From: Lama guanicoe
Lineage: Eukaryota
DNA length: 60,011 nucleotides
Reading direction: 5' to 3'
Assembly: GCA_013239625.1 (NCBI GenBank)
Contig: PNXV01005434.1
Coordinates: 248,001 to 308,011, forward strand
Part shown: piece after piece, positions 39,430 to 52,889 of the stretch
Layout of the letters: the number at the start of each line of letters is the position of its first letter
Position numbering within the stretch: the first letter of the stretch is position 1
Notes under the pieces: model-generated
The model's database searches: none
Seen by the model: the letters and a program-made list of their open reading frames with translations, nothing else
Told to the model about the DNA's origin: nothing
Position numbers and translations under genes: made by a program

Positions 39430-40350
39430 TAATTCCTGAGAAGCATATTCTTGGGACTCTCCCTTTATTCTCTCTCTTGGAAACATTTCCACTCTCATGA
39501 CCTCAAGCATAGCCAACATGAAGATAATTTTCAGATAATTAATTTTATAAGAAAGCTCAATTGTTTTTATAATTTTATAAGAAAACTCAATAATTGTTGA
39601 GTCTCCCTTCTAAATGCATACTGGATATTGCCATCTTAAATGTCCACAGACAGTTTAAATCCATCATGTCCAAGACTAAATCAGTACTTCAACCTCTATC
39701 CCATGTCAAAATAAGCTCCATTTCTGAGCTCTGTCTTTCAGATAATGGTGTCATCTCCTACCACATGATCTACCAATGTCTCTGTGACCTTCTCAGGTGC
39801 GCCTCTACCTCATCTTGGGTATGTTTTCTCAGGGCGCCTGAGTTCTTACTCTGTCCAGGTCACCTCATCATGTGTATTATCTGTGCTCCATCCTCTCAGA
39901 CAAGGAAAGGAATATGTTTTCAATCCAGAAATATTTTTAATATCAGCCCTTCCTTTCTATTACTACTCACTGTCTTTTAAAGACCACCCAGCTACATGCA
40001 CTATTCCTTTGTTTGCCTCTTGTATTTTTCAAATTGAATTTGTCCTTTGGCATAATTTTGAAGGCATTTTAATCTATTACTTTAATGTCTTCTCATCAAT
40101 TTGAGTGTAGAGCTCAGATTTCTTGGCATGGCATTGAATAAAGTAAAATTTAGTTTTTAGTTTCTCTTTCCCATGTTATTTCTTTCCATTCCCTAAGCAC
40201 CCAAAAGTGTCCTGGTCTGGATGATGAATTACATGGTCATTGTATCCTAGCATTTCATGCTTAAACTTTGCTGACTACTTGCAAATCCCAAAATACTACA
40301 TATAACTTCAAGCCTATGTTGTTTTGCTCAATTTATTTCTCTTATTTGAA
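39430..40350 (+). mobile_element. L2 remnant
   Basis: Pyrimidine-rich degenerate L2 3'-half motifs (CCACTCTCATGACCTCAA, ATGTCCCAC-like ATGTCCACAGACAG, ATGTCCAAGACTAAA). Similar L2-like pieces at about 1070-1490, 4740-5040 and 23150-23340. Confidence 0.5.
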
Positions 40351-43300
40351 AACACCTCTGCCGCTGAGAGATAGAATGTCACTTCCTTTAAAGAGGAGGA
40401 TGCATTTCAGAGTCCAGGATAAGCTACTGTCACTAATTCCTTGGCCCAAGTACAGGATGTTTAAATTTGCTTGCCCAAAGCTATTAGTGGCCAATTCAGA
40501 ATAAAATCTAGGTCTATCTAGCTCAGACTTTACATCTGCTTCACAGAACCAAATCCTTGATAAAGGTGAACGAGCAATTGGTCAGTGATTTCTCACTTGT
40601 TTGTTTTTGTGTTTCTTTGCTTGCTTGTTTTCTCTGAGGAATCTTTATAATCTGGGACATCTAAATCTCCCACTTCTTATGACTTCTCCTTGCCCAGTAC
40701 TCCAGCCATCTTCCAAGTAAAGAATAAGAGGATTGTGTGGGGTGACTGATACTTTCTATTTCAAAGGGGAAGGTAATCTGGTTACAAGTACCATTCAGAC
40801 TTACCCTGAACCTCTCTTACTTCTTGATTTTTGCCTGTGGTTCTGGAGAAGTAAAAAGGAGACAGAATATAGAGAAGTGTTGGGAGTACAACGACAAAGG
40901 CACAGGAAGACAAGTCCACTTCCAGGTCTTTTTTCAGTCTTGCATTGAGCCTTTTTCAATGAAAGTGACAAAACAATACACTGTACTACAAAAAACATAC
41001 CACATGGAGATGTGCTTCACCTTACCACCTCGTATCAGTCACAATTTCTCTTCCCTCCTTCATAACAGTAGGTTCCATTACCTGATCCAGGTGTCTAAAC
41101 CTGCAGGATATCACTGGGGCTTCTGCTGTTTCCTCATCCCATGTTGGGCAGCCATTTGATGCAAAGCTTGTGCTGTGCCCATTGTTGACTCTGGCTCTTT
41201 AAAGAGAAAATAGGCTTCTTTAGAATATCACTTGATCACAGCCCTCAGAAAAATCAGGATGAATCAGGTAACTGCTTAGGACCCAGGAAGGCCAACAAAG
41301 CTTGCTTTTTCACTTTCTTTTCACTTTCATGTTGTGCTTCTCTAAAGATGGCCTAGGTCAGCAGTTTTAAAGAGGAATTTAGGCTCTGGGACACAGGAAT
41401 CAGATCCTATCAGGCATCTGAAGAATCCTGTCCATGGTCTTCTGGAGAGGACTATCAGAAAAAAAGCTGGATTCAGAAAAGAGAGCTCTAGATTCTCTGA
41501 GACTTGTTTCATCTTTTATTATTGTTGTTCTAAAATTTTCTTCCTGAAATGTTAAATTCAATTTTAGTTTCACATGGTGCTATCACTAAGACTGAATATT
41601 TCAAGTGTATGGACTCTAAATTAAACAGTTTCATTTGTTAATTTTTTTTAAATTCCACTAAGCATCCACCAAGTGCCAGACAACGTACACTTTGGCATTT
41701 AGCATAAGGCTTTTCTGCGCCTCCACTCTGGTTCTTCTAGGTTTACCTTGTGTATAAACAGCCAACTTGCATACAACTTAAATATTTACCCACATGTCTA
41801 AAGAAAGAAAACAGTAGCAGTACTCTTTGCTTGCTTGTTTAACTATTTAAATATTTACTTATTTATTATTTAATTAATTTATGAACTTAATTAAATTCCT
41901 ATAATGAATATGCCAGTTTAATATTACCATACTTATTTTATCTAACCAAAATGCAACATGTTCAATAGCTTGCCAAAAAATAAAGAATTTTGTGCTCTCT
42001 ACACTAGATACTAATGAAACATATCCCCTTCTTTCTTAATCCAAATCAGTTTCTCTACTTGAAAGTCACCTTTCTCCCACTCTGCTACCCTCATATTTTC
42101 CCCATTTTTTCATAATGATGATAATAACCTGGAGACCTATATACCAGAACTATTTGTGTATTTATCACATCCCTCTACCGACTTGTGAGCTATTTTGGTA
42201 CATAAGCCAAATCTGCTACCTGTTTTATCCCATGAATGAAGATAGTATCTGGATTAAAAAAAAGAAGTAAGTTGGAATTAGATTGGCTGACTGCACGTTG
42301 CATAACTGAACTGAAGAAAGAAAAGGCAGTGGGAAAGGGTGGGCTAGTGACTTCAAGGGAAAAGAATGTACCTATTTATCTTTTCCTGATTTAAGGCATC
42401 TTAGAGTTACTATTGTCTAATTCTCTGTGTCTCTCATAATGTCACATAGTTATAAGAATAAATAATAGAAAGAGAAGAACTCTCTTATACTCTAAAGGAG
42501 ATTCTGGGAATCTCTAGCTTCTTTCTTGCCAACAAAAGAGCACACATCCCTTACTAGAACTATCTCCACTTTGAAGATGATATAATCATGTTCTTCCTAA
42601 ATTTTCCCAGGCTAAGAATTCACCAAGCAACATCCTCTGTACGGCAATGCCCTTGATCCTTGTAATGACACAGGCAGACTGGCACAAGGCTAGGTTTTGT
42701 CATAAAATAAGCCCAGAATCAAATGTCTAGAAGTCATTTCCTTACCCACACATATCTCCAGACAAGAAGGAATATGAAAGGTGCTCATGCCAGAGAGAGA
42801 GAATGTACACAAGGGTAGCGCCCTGGTACCACCTTATAGTCCTTATATCTCAAGCATTTAGTCTAGAAGGCTTCCCCCAGGAAACAGACATAATTTCATA
42901 TCCTCAGGAATCCCAAGCTTCAGTGTGAAACAGGGCTTAAGAGCTCCCAGAGACCATGGATCTCTAAGGGAAAGCATGATACAAAGCTTTAGATACTTGG
43001 GAAAAATTAAAACCCCCAACCATAACAGGTCTCCAAATAAGAGAAGTCCAGAAAATGATTCCCATGGTACAGATATCCCACCATTAGGATTACAAGTTGG
43101 AAACGCTTATCTAGGGCAATTACAAATAAAGCAAAATATCTGTGTGTGTGACTGTGTGATGTATTTAGTTGTTCTTTCATTATGAATTCTAAAATATTAT
43201 ACTCACTAATTAAAAAAGAGAAAAATACAGCAATAAAAACATTTTTAAAGAACACATTTTCAACAGTAAGAAATACATGCTACTAGGATTTTGTGTTTCT

Positions 43301-43374
43301 TTATTTCCATGCATATGTAATTTTAAGAAATCAGAGTCACAAGGTGTTTCTTGCTGATTGCTCCAATTTATATA

Positions 43375-43885
43375 TGCAGACAACGAAATATTATTCAGCC
43401 ATAAGAAAGAAAAAACCCCACCATTTGTGATAACATGGATGAATCTTGAACAATTCATGATATGTGAGATAAGTCAGATAAAGACAAGTACTGTATAATA
43501 TCATTTATATGTAGCATCTGAAAAAGCCAATTCATAAAAACAGAGAGTAGAATGGTGGTTACAAAAAGGTTGGGGGTGGGGAATTGGGTAAATGTTGTTT
43601 AAGGGTACAAATTTGGAATCATTAGATAAATAAATCCTGGAGGTATAATACTCAGCATAGTGACTAAAGATGACAACATTATATGATAAACTTCAAAGTT
43701 GCTAACAGACTAGATCTTAATTGTTCTCACCACATAAAGGAAATGGTAACTGCATGGTATGATAGGGGCATTAGCTATGGTGGTAATCATATAGCAATAT
43801 GCAAATGTATCAAATAACACATGTTGTACACCTTAAACTCGTATCATGTTATATGTCAATTATATCTCATAAAAATAAAATTTTT
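43375..43885 (+). mobile_element. L1MA-type 3' end
   Basis: ATATTATTCAGCCATAAGAAAG...GTTGTACACCTTAAAC...ATATGTCAATTATATCTC plus A-tail. Confidence 0.8.
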
Positions 43886-44189
43886 AAAAAGGACGAATAA
43901 ATTATCAGTTTATTATTATCAGTGACTTATACACTAATTTAAATAAGTTTATTCAAATCACTTTTTAAAATTATTTATAAAAGGCTATCCTTGTCAAGAA
44001 AATGAAAATAAATATGCGGTTATAAGTTAAAATAGAGGAGAGTGCTGTGTTTCTCCTGGCATTAAAAAGTACCAAATTGCGTGGAGACAGATAGCAAAAT
44101 ATAATTAATAAAAGTAGTAAGGGAAGTGATTAGCAATGAATGAACGATTTCAACAAATTCTTGGAAGAAATAACATGAGATGGTGTTAA

Positions 44190-44405
44190 TGAAAGAAAGA
44201 ATGCAATCAAGAGAGTGAAAGGCGATCTATGGAATGGGGGAAAATATTTGGAAATTATACGTCTAATAAAGGATTAATATCCAAAATATATAAGGAACTC
44301 CTACAACAACTCAATTACAAAAAAAGTTAATAATCCAATTTTTTAAAAAGAGCTATGAATATATAGTTCCCTAGAGAAGATATACAAATGGCCAACAGGT
44401 ATATG
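44190..44405 (+). mobile_element. L1 ORF2 fragment
   Basis: GGAATGGGGGAAAATATTTG...ATATCCAAAATATATAAGGAACTCCTACAAC...GAAGATATACAAATGGCCAACAGGTATATG. Confidence 0.75.
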
Positions 44406-44614
44406 ATTTTATTATATACATTCATACCCAATTCATGTGAATATTCATATAATTACAGCAATTCAGATACTGCTTATTAGTTTTCAACTATTATAATCAA
44501 ATAATACACAAATCTGGGAAGATTGTCAGAATCATAGCAAGTGGTAATGATCTCAAGAACAGATAATTAAAGACATTAACATTGAGGTTGGAAGTAGCCT
44601 GGAAAGAAGAATAC

Positions 44615-44735
44615 ACATACATACATATTTATATGTATATTTGTGTGTGATTTACGTATATGTGTGTGTGTACATGTATAACACTTGTGTATACCTGTAT
44701 AAATGTATACACATACACACAGACACACACATATA
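44615..44735. repeat. Low-complexity (TA/TG/CA)n microsatellite-like tract
   Basis: Alternating purine-pyrimidine runs seen directly. Confidence 0.7.
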
Positions 44736-45148
44736 AGTCACACAGAGATGAGATATTGGAATTGAGTTAACATCTTCATTGTCTATAACAGAGTAGCTGG
44801 TAATCAAACTAAAGGTCATACATAGCTTGGAATAAAAGAAGTGACCACCAAAGAACAACAGTAGCATCCATGCACACATACAATGGTTTTAACTCTACCT
44901 CCGCAAGAGAATGAGATGGAAGAGACTTTCAAGATGAAGGTTTTGAATTTTTTCTTATGATTATCTTGTCTATGTTGTTTGATTATAATTTTTATAAATG
45001 CACATATTATTTGCACTAAATTCAGCATACTTCTGAAAGAAAAGAAAGCATACATATTTTGTAAGCCAAAGACAGATTGCATAGGAGGCAAGGAAGAAAA
45101 TGTTTCACAGTTTAGGGAGGTCAGAGAGTGTGCCCAAGACATGTTATT

Positions 45149-45429
45149 ATACACTATTTTTTTTTAATTGAATTACAGTCAATTACAGTGTGTCAATCTC
45201 TGGTGTACAGCACAACATCCCAGTCTTGCATATACATATATATATATTCATTTCCATGTTTTTTCCATTAAAGGTTATTACAGTATATTGATCATAGTTA
45301 CCCATGCTATACAAAAGAAACTTTTTTAACCTATTTTTATATATAGTAGCTAATATTTGTAAATCTCAAACTCCCAAGTTTATCCCCTCCCATCCCCTTT
45401 CCCCCGTAACCATAAGATTGTTTACTAAG
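45149..45429 (-). mobile_element. Short LINE-1 3'UTR insertion (lineage-specific), 15-bp TSD
   Basis: Poly-T followed by the reverse complement of an L1 3'UTR. TSD CCAAGACATGTTATT at 45134-45148 and 45430-45444. Confidence 0.85.
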
Positions 45430-46341
45430 CCAAGACATGTTATTTTAAATAAGTATTTTATTGAATTATAATATGCATGCAAAAAAGAGCACACATCATA
45501 AATTTACAGGTTCATGAAACGTCACCAAGTAGATATACCTCGTAATTGTCATTCGGGTCAAGAACTAAATCATTGGCAGCACCTCAGAAGCATCCCTCAT
45601 ATCCTGTCCAATCATTACCTGAACTCTCATTCTTAAAGATTTCTAACACCATGAATTAATTATGTCTGCTTGTGAGCTTCATAAAAATAAAATCATACAA
45701 TATATATTACTTTGTATCTTTCATTTGACGTTGTATTTGAATTGACCACAGTTATTTGTTTATTCAGCTTCATGTTGATGGACATAGCTTCTGGGTATTT
45801 TGAGTACGCTGCACCTTACACCTTGACAAGTTTTCTGGTGAGCACATGTATACTTTGCTGATACACAGTTGGCAAACTTAAGAAAGAAAACAGCAGTCAA
45901 GAACTTGCAAAATAAGAATGAACGCCAAATAGTTTTGGCAGGAGAATGCTGAGATAAATAATTAGCACAGACAATGATGAACACAGCTCACGTTTTGTGA
46001 AAGATTTAAAAATTTTCAAAGTTCAATTCCGGTCCTAGAGTTCTGACCACTGTGCCTCAAAATTTTGTGGATTGTTCTTTGAGAGAGAGATCTGTCTATA
46101 AAGATTAAATGCATTGAACTTTGAAGTCCCCTACGAGTAAAGAGACTTTAGAGAATCTCTTTGGAATTTCAGAAGACAGGGTCTCTGCCTACATGCATAT
46201 AGTGATATCCTTTCAAAAGAGGTAGAAAAATAAAGGCCACAAGCAAATGTTTCCTATGGCCAGATATCTGCTTTCATTTGGAGGGACCCCTGTTGATTTG
46301 ATGATCTCAGGCTGGCTAAGAGAATAACTTCTCAGAAGACT

Positions 46342-47310
46342 CTATTTAAATGTTTGAGAAGAACTATCCTTTCCCTTAAGCAAGAACCCAGTGACACTTT
46401 CTCGTATCTGCTTGGTTTTTATCTCATACACAATAGGATTCATTGTGGGAGGCATGAGTAGATAGAGATTAGCCATAATAATGTGTATGTGTGGAGGAAT
46501 GGAGTGTCCCCCAAAACGGTGTGTAAAGAAGGTGAAGAAGACTGGAACATAGGTGATGACGATGGCACAGATGTGGGCGGTGCAGGTGCTGAAGGCCTTC
46601 TGCCGAGCATCCGCTGATGACAGACTCACAACCGCTCGAAGAATCATGGTGTAAGAGACTGTGATGCACAAGATGTCAAAACCCCCAATCAGGAGGGCAA
46701 CCATTAGACCATAAATAGCGTTGACCTTAACATTGCCACAAGATATCTTGGCGACAGACATGTGGTCACAGTAGGTGTGCCATATGACATTGCCCCTGCA
46801 ATATGGCAGGCGCCTGGTAAGGAAAGTGAAAGGGATAACAAGCACTACACCTCTAAGAAATGTGAGGAGCCCGGCCTTGGCAACGACTGAATTGGTGAGG
46901 AGAGTAGCATAGCGCAGAGGGCAGCAGATGGCCACATAGCGGTCCAGGGCCATGAGCATGAGCACCCCAGACTCCATCCCTGTGAAAGCGTGCACAGAGA
47001 ACATCTGGGCCAGGCAGGCCTTAAAATCAATCTCCTTGAGGTTGAACCACAAAATGCAGAGGGTGTTGGGGAGCATGCTGGTGCACATGAGCACATCTGT
47101 GAAGGAAAGAAGGGCTAGGAAGATGTACATTGGTCTGTGCAAGGCCTCTTCAGAGTAGATGAGGTACATAAGGCCGAAGTTCCCTGTGATGGCAATGCTG
47201 TACATAGTGCACAGAGGGAAGGAGATCCACATATGCACTTCTTCCAGCCCAGGAATGCCATTGAGGATGAACGTGGCTGGAGTTAGGCTAGTGCCATTCA
47301 GAAATGACAT
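46342..47310 (-). CDS. OR52N1: Olfactory receptor 52N1-like, intact, 322 aa
   Basis: MSFLNGTSLTPATFILNGIPGLE, LHRPMY, MALDRYVAIC, HTYCDHM, KAFSTCTAH, PPTMNPIVY. Acceptor TTTTTTTCTGCCTGTAG on the minus strand ends at 47358. Confidence 0.92.
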   Translation of the reverse strand: MSFLNGTSLTPATFILNGIPGLEEVHMWISFPLCTMYSIAITGNFGLMYLIYSEEALHRPMYIFLALLSFTDVLMCTSMLPNTLCILWFNLKEIDFKACLAQMFSVHAFTGMESGVLMLMALDRYVAICCPLRYATLLTNSVVAKAGLLTFLRGVVLVIPFTFLTRRLPYCRGNVIWHTYCDHMSVAKISCGNVKVNAIYGLMVALLIGGFDILCITVSYTMILRAVVSLSSADARQKAFSTCTAHICAIVITYVPVFFTFFTHRFGGHSIPPHIHIIMANLYLLMPPTMNPIVYEIKTKQIRESVTGFLLKGKDSSSQTFK

Positions 47311-47916
47311 AGTGACTGTTGGAAGTTCATGATCCAGCAGTTATAGAAAAAAGGTTTCTACAGGCAGAAAAAAAGTAAGTTCAGAGAGTAACTGACAAGT
47401 AGGCTTTTCTTTCCCATAATTGATCATTTGTCTTTCTTTTAGATCAATCACCATATGTGGTCTTTTATGTGGAATATGTGACGTTACCCTTTATTTGGGT
47501 CCATGCCGTGAGCATTAGACATTGACAAGATGAACTGACTGAGTCTAGTAGACTTGCTGGATCTGGATGTCTTTTTTAAAATCATATAGTCCACTCTTAA
47601 GACTGAAGTTGATCAGTAACTGACCAATTGGATGATCAAGGATTGATTAAATATTTGCTGTATTCTAGGTGGTCACCATCTTAATCAGAGATGCCTATTC
47701 CATTCTGAAATGTTAGCAATCCTCAATGGTTCTATGCTTTATCTAGTGGACGTACTGACAATGATTTCAACCTGGTTTTAGCCCAAATCCCCCATTTTTC
47801 TTTTGCAAGAAACTTAAATATAGAAAACTATAAATCAGCCACTTATGCCAAAAGCTTTCTTTAAGCAAAATCACAGGATGATCCTAAAGGTAAAAAATAA
47901 TAAAAATCCCCTTCCT

Positions 47917-48599
47917 GGAACCCTCCTACACTGCTGGTGGGAATGCAGTTTGGTGCAGCCACTATGGAAAACAGTGTGGAGATTCCTCAAAAGACTAGGA
48001 ATAGACTTACCATATGACCCAGGAATCCCACTCCTGGGCTTGTATCCAGAAGGAAATCTACTTCAGGATGACACCTGCACTCCAATGTTCATAGCAGCAC
48101 TATTTACAATAGCCAAAACATGGAAACAGCCTAAATGTCCATCAATAGGTGACTGGATAAAGAAGAGGTGGTATATTTATACAATGGAATACTACTCAGC
48201 CATAAAAACCGACAACATAACGCCATTTGCAGCAACATGGATGCTCCTAGAGAATGTCATTCTAAGTGAAGTAAGCCAGAAAGAGAAAGAAAAATACCAT
48301 ATGAGATCTCTCATATGTGGAATCTAAAGACTCATGGACAGAGAATACAGACTTGTGGTTACCAGGGGGGTAGAGGGTGGGAAAGGATAGACTGGGATTT
48401 CAAAATTGTAGAATAGATAAACAAGATTACACTATATAGCACAGGGAAATATACACAAAATGTTATGATAAATCACAGAGAAAAAAATGTGACAATGAGT
48501 GTGTATATGTCCATGAATGACTGAAAAATTGTGCTGAACACTGGATTAATTCACAACATTGTAAAATGATTATAAATCAATAAAAAATGTTAAAAAAAT
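47917..48599 (+). mobile_element. Young 5'-truncated LINE-1 (ORF2 C-terminus, 3'UTR, A-tail), camelid-type, 21-bp TSD
   Basis: Open frame [25 protein letters not shown]...MEYYSAIK...SLICGI* (to 48327) is the L1 ORF2p C-terminus. AATAAA and A-rich tail. Perfect TSD AATAATAAAAATCCCCTTCCT at 47896-47916 and 48600-48620. Confidence 0.95.
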
Positions 48600-49860
48600 A
48601 ATAATAAAAATCCCCTTCCTAATCTCATCAGAAGGCCACCTTTGGTTCCCTCAATCACTACCAAAGTAAACAGATGGTGAAGAATCACTGGAAATAGAAC
48701 AACTTATGAGAAATTTATATTTTTCTAAGATTAAAGTTTCTTATAATGGACTCTAGAGTTTAATCCAATGAGAAGAGGATACTCATCATTTCAAACGAAA
48801 ATGATTGATATTTCCTTTAGGACACAGTACTTTATTTTCAATCCAGATCACAACTTCAGAGAAGCATAGAATCAAATATCTCTCAAGCTATGTTATCTCC
48901 AAAGCTAAGTTTTTGTAGCATAAAGGAGATGCTCAATACATTTTTAAAGTCCATAGAAAAAGAAGCTGTGGGAGAACAAGGACTGACAAAATACTTACAA
49001 GTAGTAAGGAGGAGAATATTTAGTGTGATGGTATATTGTGAGGAAATAAGAAAAAAGTTTTGACCATAGGATGTACGCAAATTGGATGCACAAGTCTGAG
49101 GAAGTAGGCTACACTGGGCTGGAATGTGCTGATTTAGGGGGAAAAATGTATATGTAGTGTGATGTGGGGGACAATCCAGTAGAGGGAGTTGTTGGATTAA
49201 AAAAATAATCTCTCTGAATATAAAAATAACAATAATGAAATTTATAGCACTTCCTGAACACACGAGAGGTAACCCATCTGTCACCTCAAAGGTGTTTCCA
49301 CTGAAAATTTAAGGCTGTGAAAAACCGGTTCTCCTTTCTTCATATGTGTCTTTTTTTAAATTTTGTATCCTTAGTTTTTAAAACATGAAGTCTGCATAGA
49401 TGAAATCTAGGGCCCCTTTGAGTTGAGAAACAATTCAAATATCATAACTATGATATGAAATGGAGGTAATTTCCTGAAAGGAAAAGTTGATGAGGAACAG
49501 GAAAAATACAGAATAAGGCTTTCATTGCTCTTTTCTCTTCTCCCACCATGGTGTAAACTGTTCTCTCTCAGGAATGCTATTTCTAGCTTTCACAGCTGGG
49601 GGGATGTATTATCTCTCTTCAGAATACTCCCCACGAGGATCAGGTTTCAAGAGTTGAAACATGAATGTTTTCTCCAAAGTAAAAATGGGGTATACAAGCC
49701 AGTACGTAAAAGCAGCCTTATAATAGGGTACATTGCGCCTTTTCAAAAGTTATGAGAATAACCCTATTTGACAAGTCTCCTTTCTCTTCCCCTCTCAGCT
49801 ATCATAATTAGAACCGACTCCTTTAATAATAAAAAGAATGCACCCCTAATTTAGAAATCT

Positions 49861-50340
49861 GCTTACCCTGAAAGTTACCGGAGTTCTTCAAGAAACTAAA
49901 GGCGTACCCACGTATTAAGTCATATTCACATCTATGCGATGGCCTCGGCCCGGCAGGAGAAATGTAAGTCCAATATTGAGACCACAAGGAGGTAGATGGA
50001 GGGCGGAACATTTCTATTCTGTGTGTGGTGCGTGTGTGTATGATATTTTCTAAAACTGGAGAGCTGGGAATACTCAGTTGTTAACTATCTCTTTCTACCA
50101 TAGTCTCAGAGGAAAAGTGATTTTCCATGTACGTGTATGTATATTACGAAAAAAAGAAGACTTAGGAATCTGGCATATCTGGGTCCTAAGGAACCTGGCT
50201 CAGCATTTGGGAATTGCTTTAGGAATTATTTTATCCCAAATCATAGTCTAGGACTCCTGACAGTGTAATTTTTTATAGATAAAATAAAGATTATGTAGCT
50301 CTCAAAACTTTTGAACTTTCAGAATTAAATCCCTTGGGGA
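49861..50340 (-). promoter_or_regulatory. Candidate OR52N1 promoter / non-coding exon
   Basis: Near-perfect O/E site TCCCTTGGGGA (50330-50340); minus-strand donor CAGG|GTAAGC at 49866; locally CpG-enriched 49875-50010. Confidence 0.45.
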
Positions 50341-50774
50341 GACAGACCTGTCTTCTACCTTTTTCAAAACTTAGTGCAATGTCATGCACAAAACTGAAAC
50401 TGAAAAAAATTTTTTGAAGAAAAATTAAATAATGTTGGTATGCAAACAATTAACTTTTATATGTGACCTTGTATTTAGTGTTCATAATAAATTTACTTAT
50501 GAAGTAATTTTTGTATAGATTGTTTTGGATTATCTAAATATATGCCATCTCATTGTAAATGAAGAATTTTTTGCTTCTTCCTTTGCCTTTTTTTTTATTC
50601 TCATTGTCTTGGCTAGAATATCCCTCCTGCCCAATGTTTAACAGGAGGTACACCCTGAAATGATGGTTTGAGATGTTCAGGAAAGTGTAATTCACTGCTG
50701 AGAAAATAATCCTGGGTTAGCATCAAATAACTCACTACTGTGTAAGATATTGGCTCTTGAGTTTTACAGATGCT

Positions 50775-51600
50775 TTTTTCCAGCTCTCTTAAGATCTAAT
50801 TGACATATAACACTATGTAAGTTTAATGTATTCAGTGGGATGGTTTGATGTATATACTGCAAAATGGGTATCACAATAAGTTAGTTAATGCATCTTTCAC
50901 CCCACATAATTACCATTTTGTTGTTTCTACAGTGAGGACATTATAGCTCTACTCTCATAGCAACCTTTGAGTACACAATGCAGCATTAACTATAGTCACC
51001 ATGCTGTACATTAGAGGCCCAAGAATTTATTCATCTTATAATTGCAAGTTTGTACCATTTAACCAACATCTCTCAATTTTCCCCACCATTCTGACCCTGG
51101 AAAACACCACTCTACTCCCTATTTCTATGAGTTTGATGTTTTTGATGCCACATATAAGTGAAATCACACAGTATTTTTTTTTCTCTTTGACTTATTTCAT
51201 TAGCATAATGACCTCAAGGGCCATCAGTGTTGTCACAAATGGTAAGATTTCCTTCTTTTTAAAGATGAATAATATTTCATTGTATATATATATTTTTTCT
51301 TTATCTATTAATCCATCTATGGACATCTTTAGTTGTTTCCATGTCTTGACCTATTGTGAAAAATGCTGCAATGAACATGGTAGCAAATACATCTCTTCAA
51401 GAGGTGATTTCATCTTCTTTTGATATGTACCCAAACTTAAGATTGCTAGATCATATGATATTATACTTTCAATTTTTTGAGAAACATCTATATCATTTTC
51501 CACAGTGGCTGTATCAATTTACATTCCTACCAACACCAGTGCACCAGGGTTCACTTTTCTCCACAGCCTCAACAGCATTTATTATCTCACATAATTTAAT
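50775..51600 (-). mobile_element. L1MA-type 3' portion, antisense
   Basis: TTAACTATAGTCACCATGCTGTACATTAGA...TTGTTTCCATGTCTTG...TTTTCCACAGTGGCTGTATCAATTTACATTCC. Confidence 0.85.
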
Positions 51601-51627
51601 TTAATCAACTATAATCCAGTGGACACA

Positions 51628-51872
51628 TGTGGTAGGGCTTCTTGGAAGAAGGGAAATTATATGAGGAGGTAGGAGAATTAGTATTGTTAAAATACAGTCC
51701 ATCATTTGGAAGTGGTCAAAGGGTCATTGGGAAGTTCAAGTCTTTGAGCATGAGCTCCCCACATTCCTTGGACCTGCAATAAATGGTGGTGAAGTGTCAC
51801 CTTGTGGTGAAGTGTCAGTAGATTGGCTTTGCTGCACATCTGGCAAGAAGATCCCAGTTCAGTTCAGTGACA
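51628..51872 (+). mobile_element. ERV1-like LTR 3' fragment
   Basis: CTGCAATAAA followed by GTGTCAGTAGATTGGCTTTGCTG...CAGTTCAGTGACA, an LTR R/U5-like end. Left boundary uncertain. Confidence 0.55.
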
Positions 51873-52889
51873 AGACTACCTTTGAAAAAGACTGCACACT
51901 TTGACAGAAAATGTGTTTATATTTTAGTACTGAAAATGCCTACCAAACAGTCAAGCTAAAGCTAACACTTCCACAGAGATGGATTAAGAGGTGAATGAAT
52001 AATCAAAGTATGAGAAAAACAACTGACTAAAAGCACTTTTAAAATGTTCAAAATCACTACAGTGAAGTTAGTTTTAAGTCAGGTTAACATACCAAAGAGA
52101 TAGTATTCTCACCAGTTCAGCTGGGGAAAAGAGAGTAAACATACACTAACTAGTACTCATAGAGGGACAGTCCACTAACTGTGTGTGGCAGGGAAAGTCA
52201 GTACAAGTTTTATGGAGATGATTTTTTCCAACATTTATCAACATAATTGAGTTGTCCGTGCCTTTTGATCCCACAAACTTCAATTCTATTTCTGATTATC
52301 TTAAGAGAGGAAAAATTCGTAGTACAAGTAGAGTTGATTAGGATATCCATAGAAGAATTATCTTTGATAGTAAAAATTAGAAACAATTTAAATATTCAAG
52401 GACAATGAAATGCTTGATTAATTTTGTTGCAGCTATTGGGTGGAAAGATAGTTTAACTCTTGAAAATTTCAATTTCAGGGCATACAGAACATGAGAAAAT
52501 GTACATAAAATAGTGTTAAGTAGGGAAAACAGTTAAGTATGTGCAAAACTTCATATAGTCTGAAGTTTATATAAAAACAGAGTATTATACATAATAATTA
52601 TAAAATGATAGGACCAATAGAGAAAACTTTTTAGAGAGCTTCATTGCAATTACTGGTGATTTTTCCAAGTTTTTATTATACTATAGTTTTAGATTTTCTA
52701 TATTAAAAATGTATTTATTTTGTAATAAATTTTAAATGATGTTCATCTCCACCAAGCTTGATGGTCATATTTCTCACTTGGAAAAAGCATTAAACTTAAT
52801 GTGTTTTTGTCTTTGTTGTTTCTTTTTCTACTTAAAAGCTTCTAAATGCCGATCTATTACCACCAGACCCAAAGTTTATTCCCTTTTAA

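Noticed and set aside
47845..48327. 160-aa ORF fusing a flanking ATG to the L1 ORF2 C-terminus as a possible new chimeric gene
   Set aside because: Chance in-frame ATG upstream of a young truncated L1; no promoter or splice evidence.
51001..51604. 140-aa and 82-aa hydrophobic ORFs
   Set aside because: Antisense reading of an L1 3' end.
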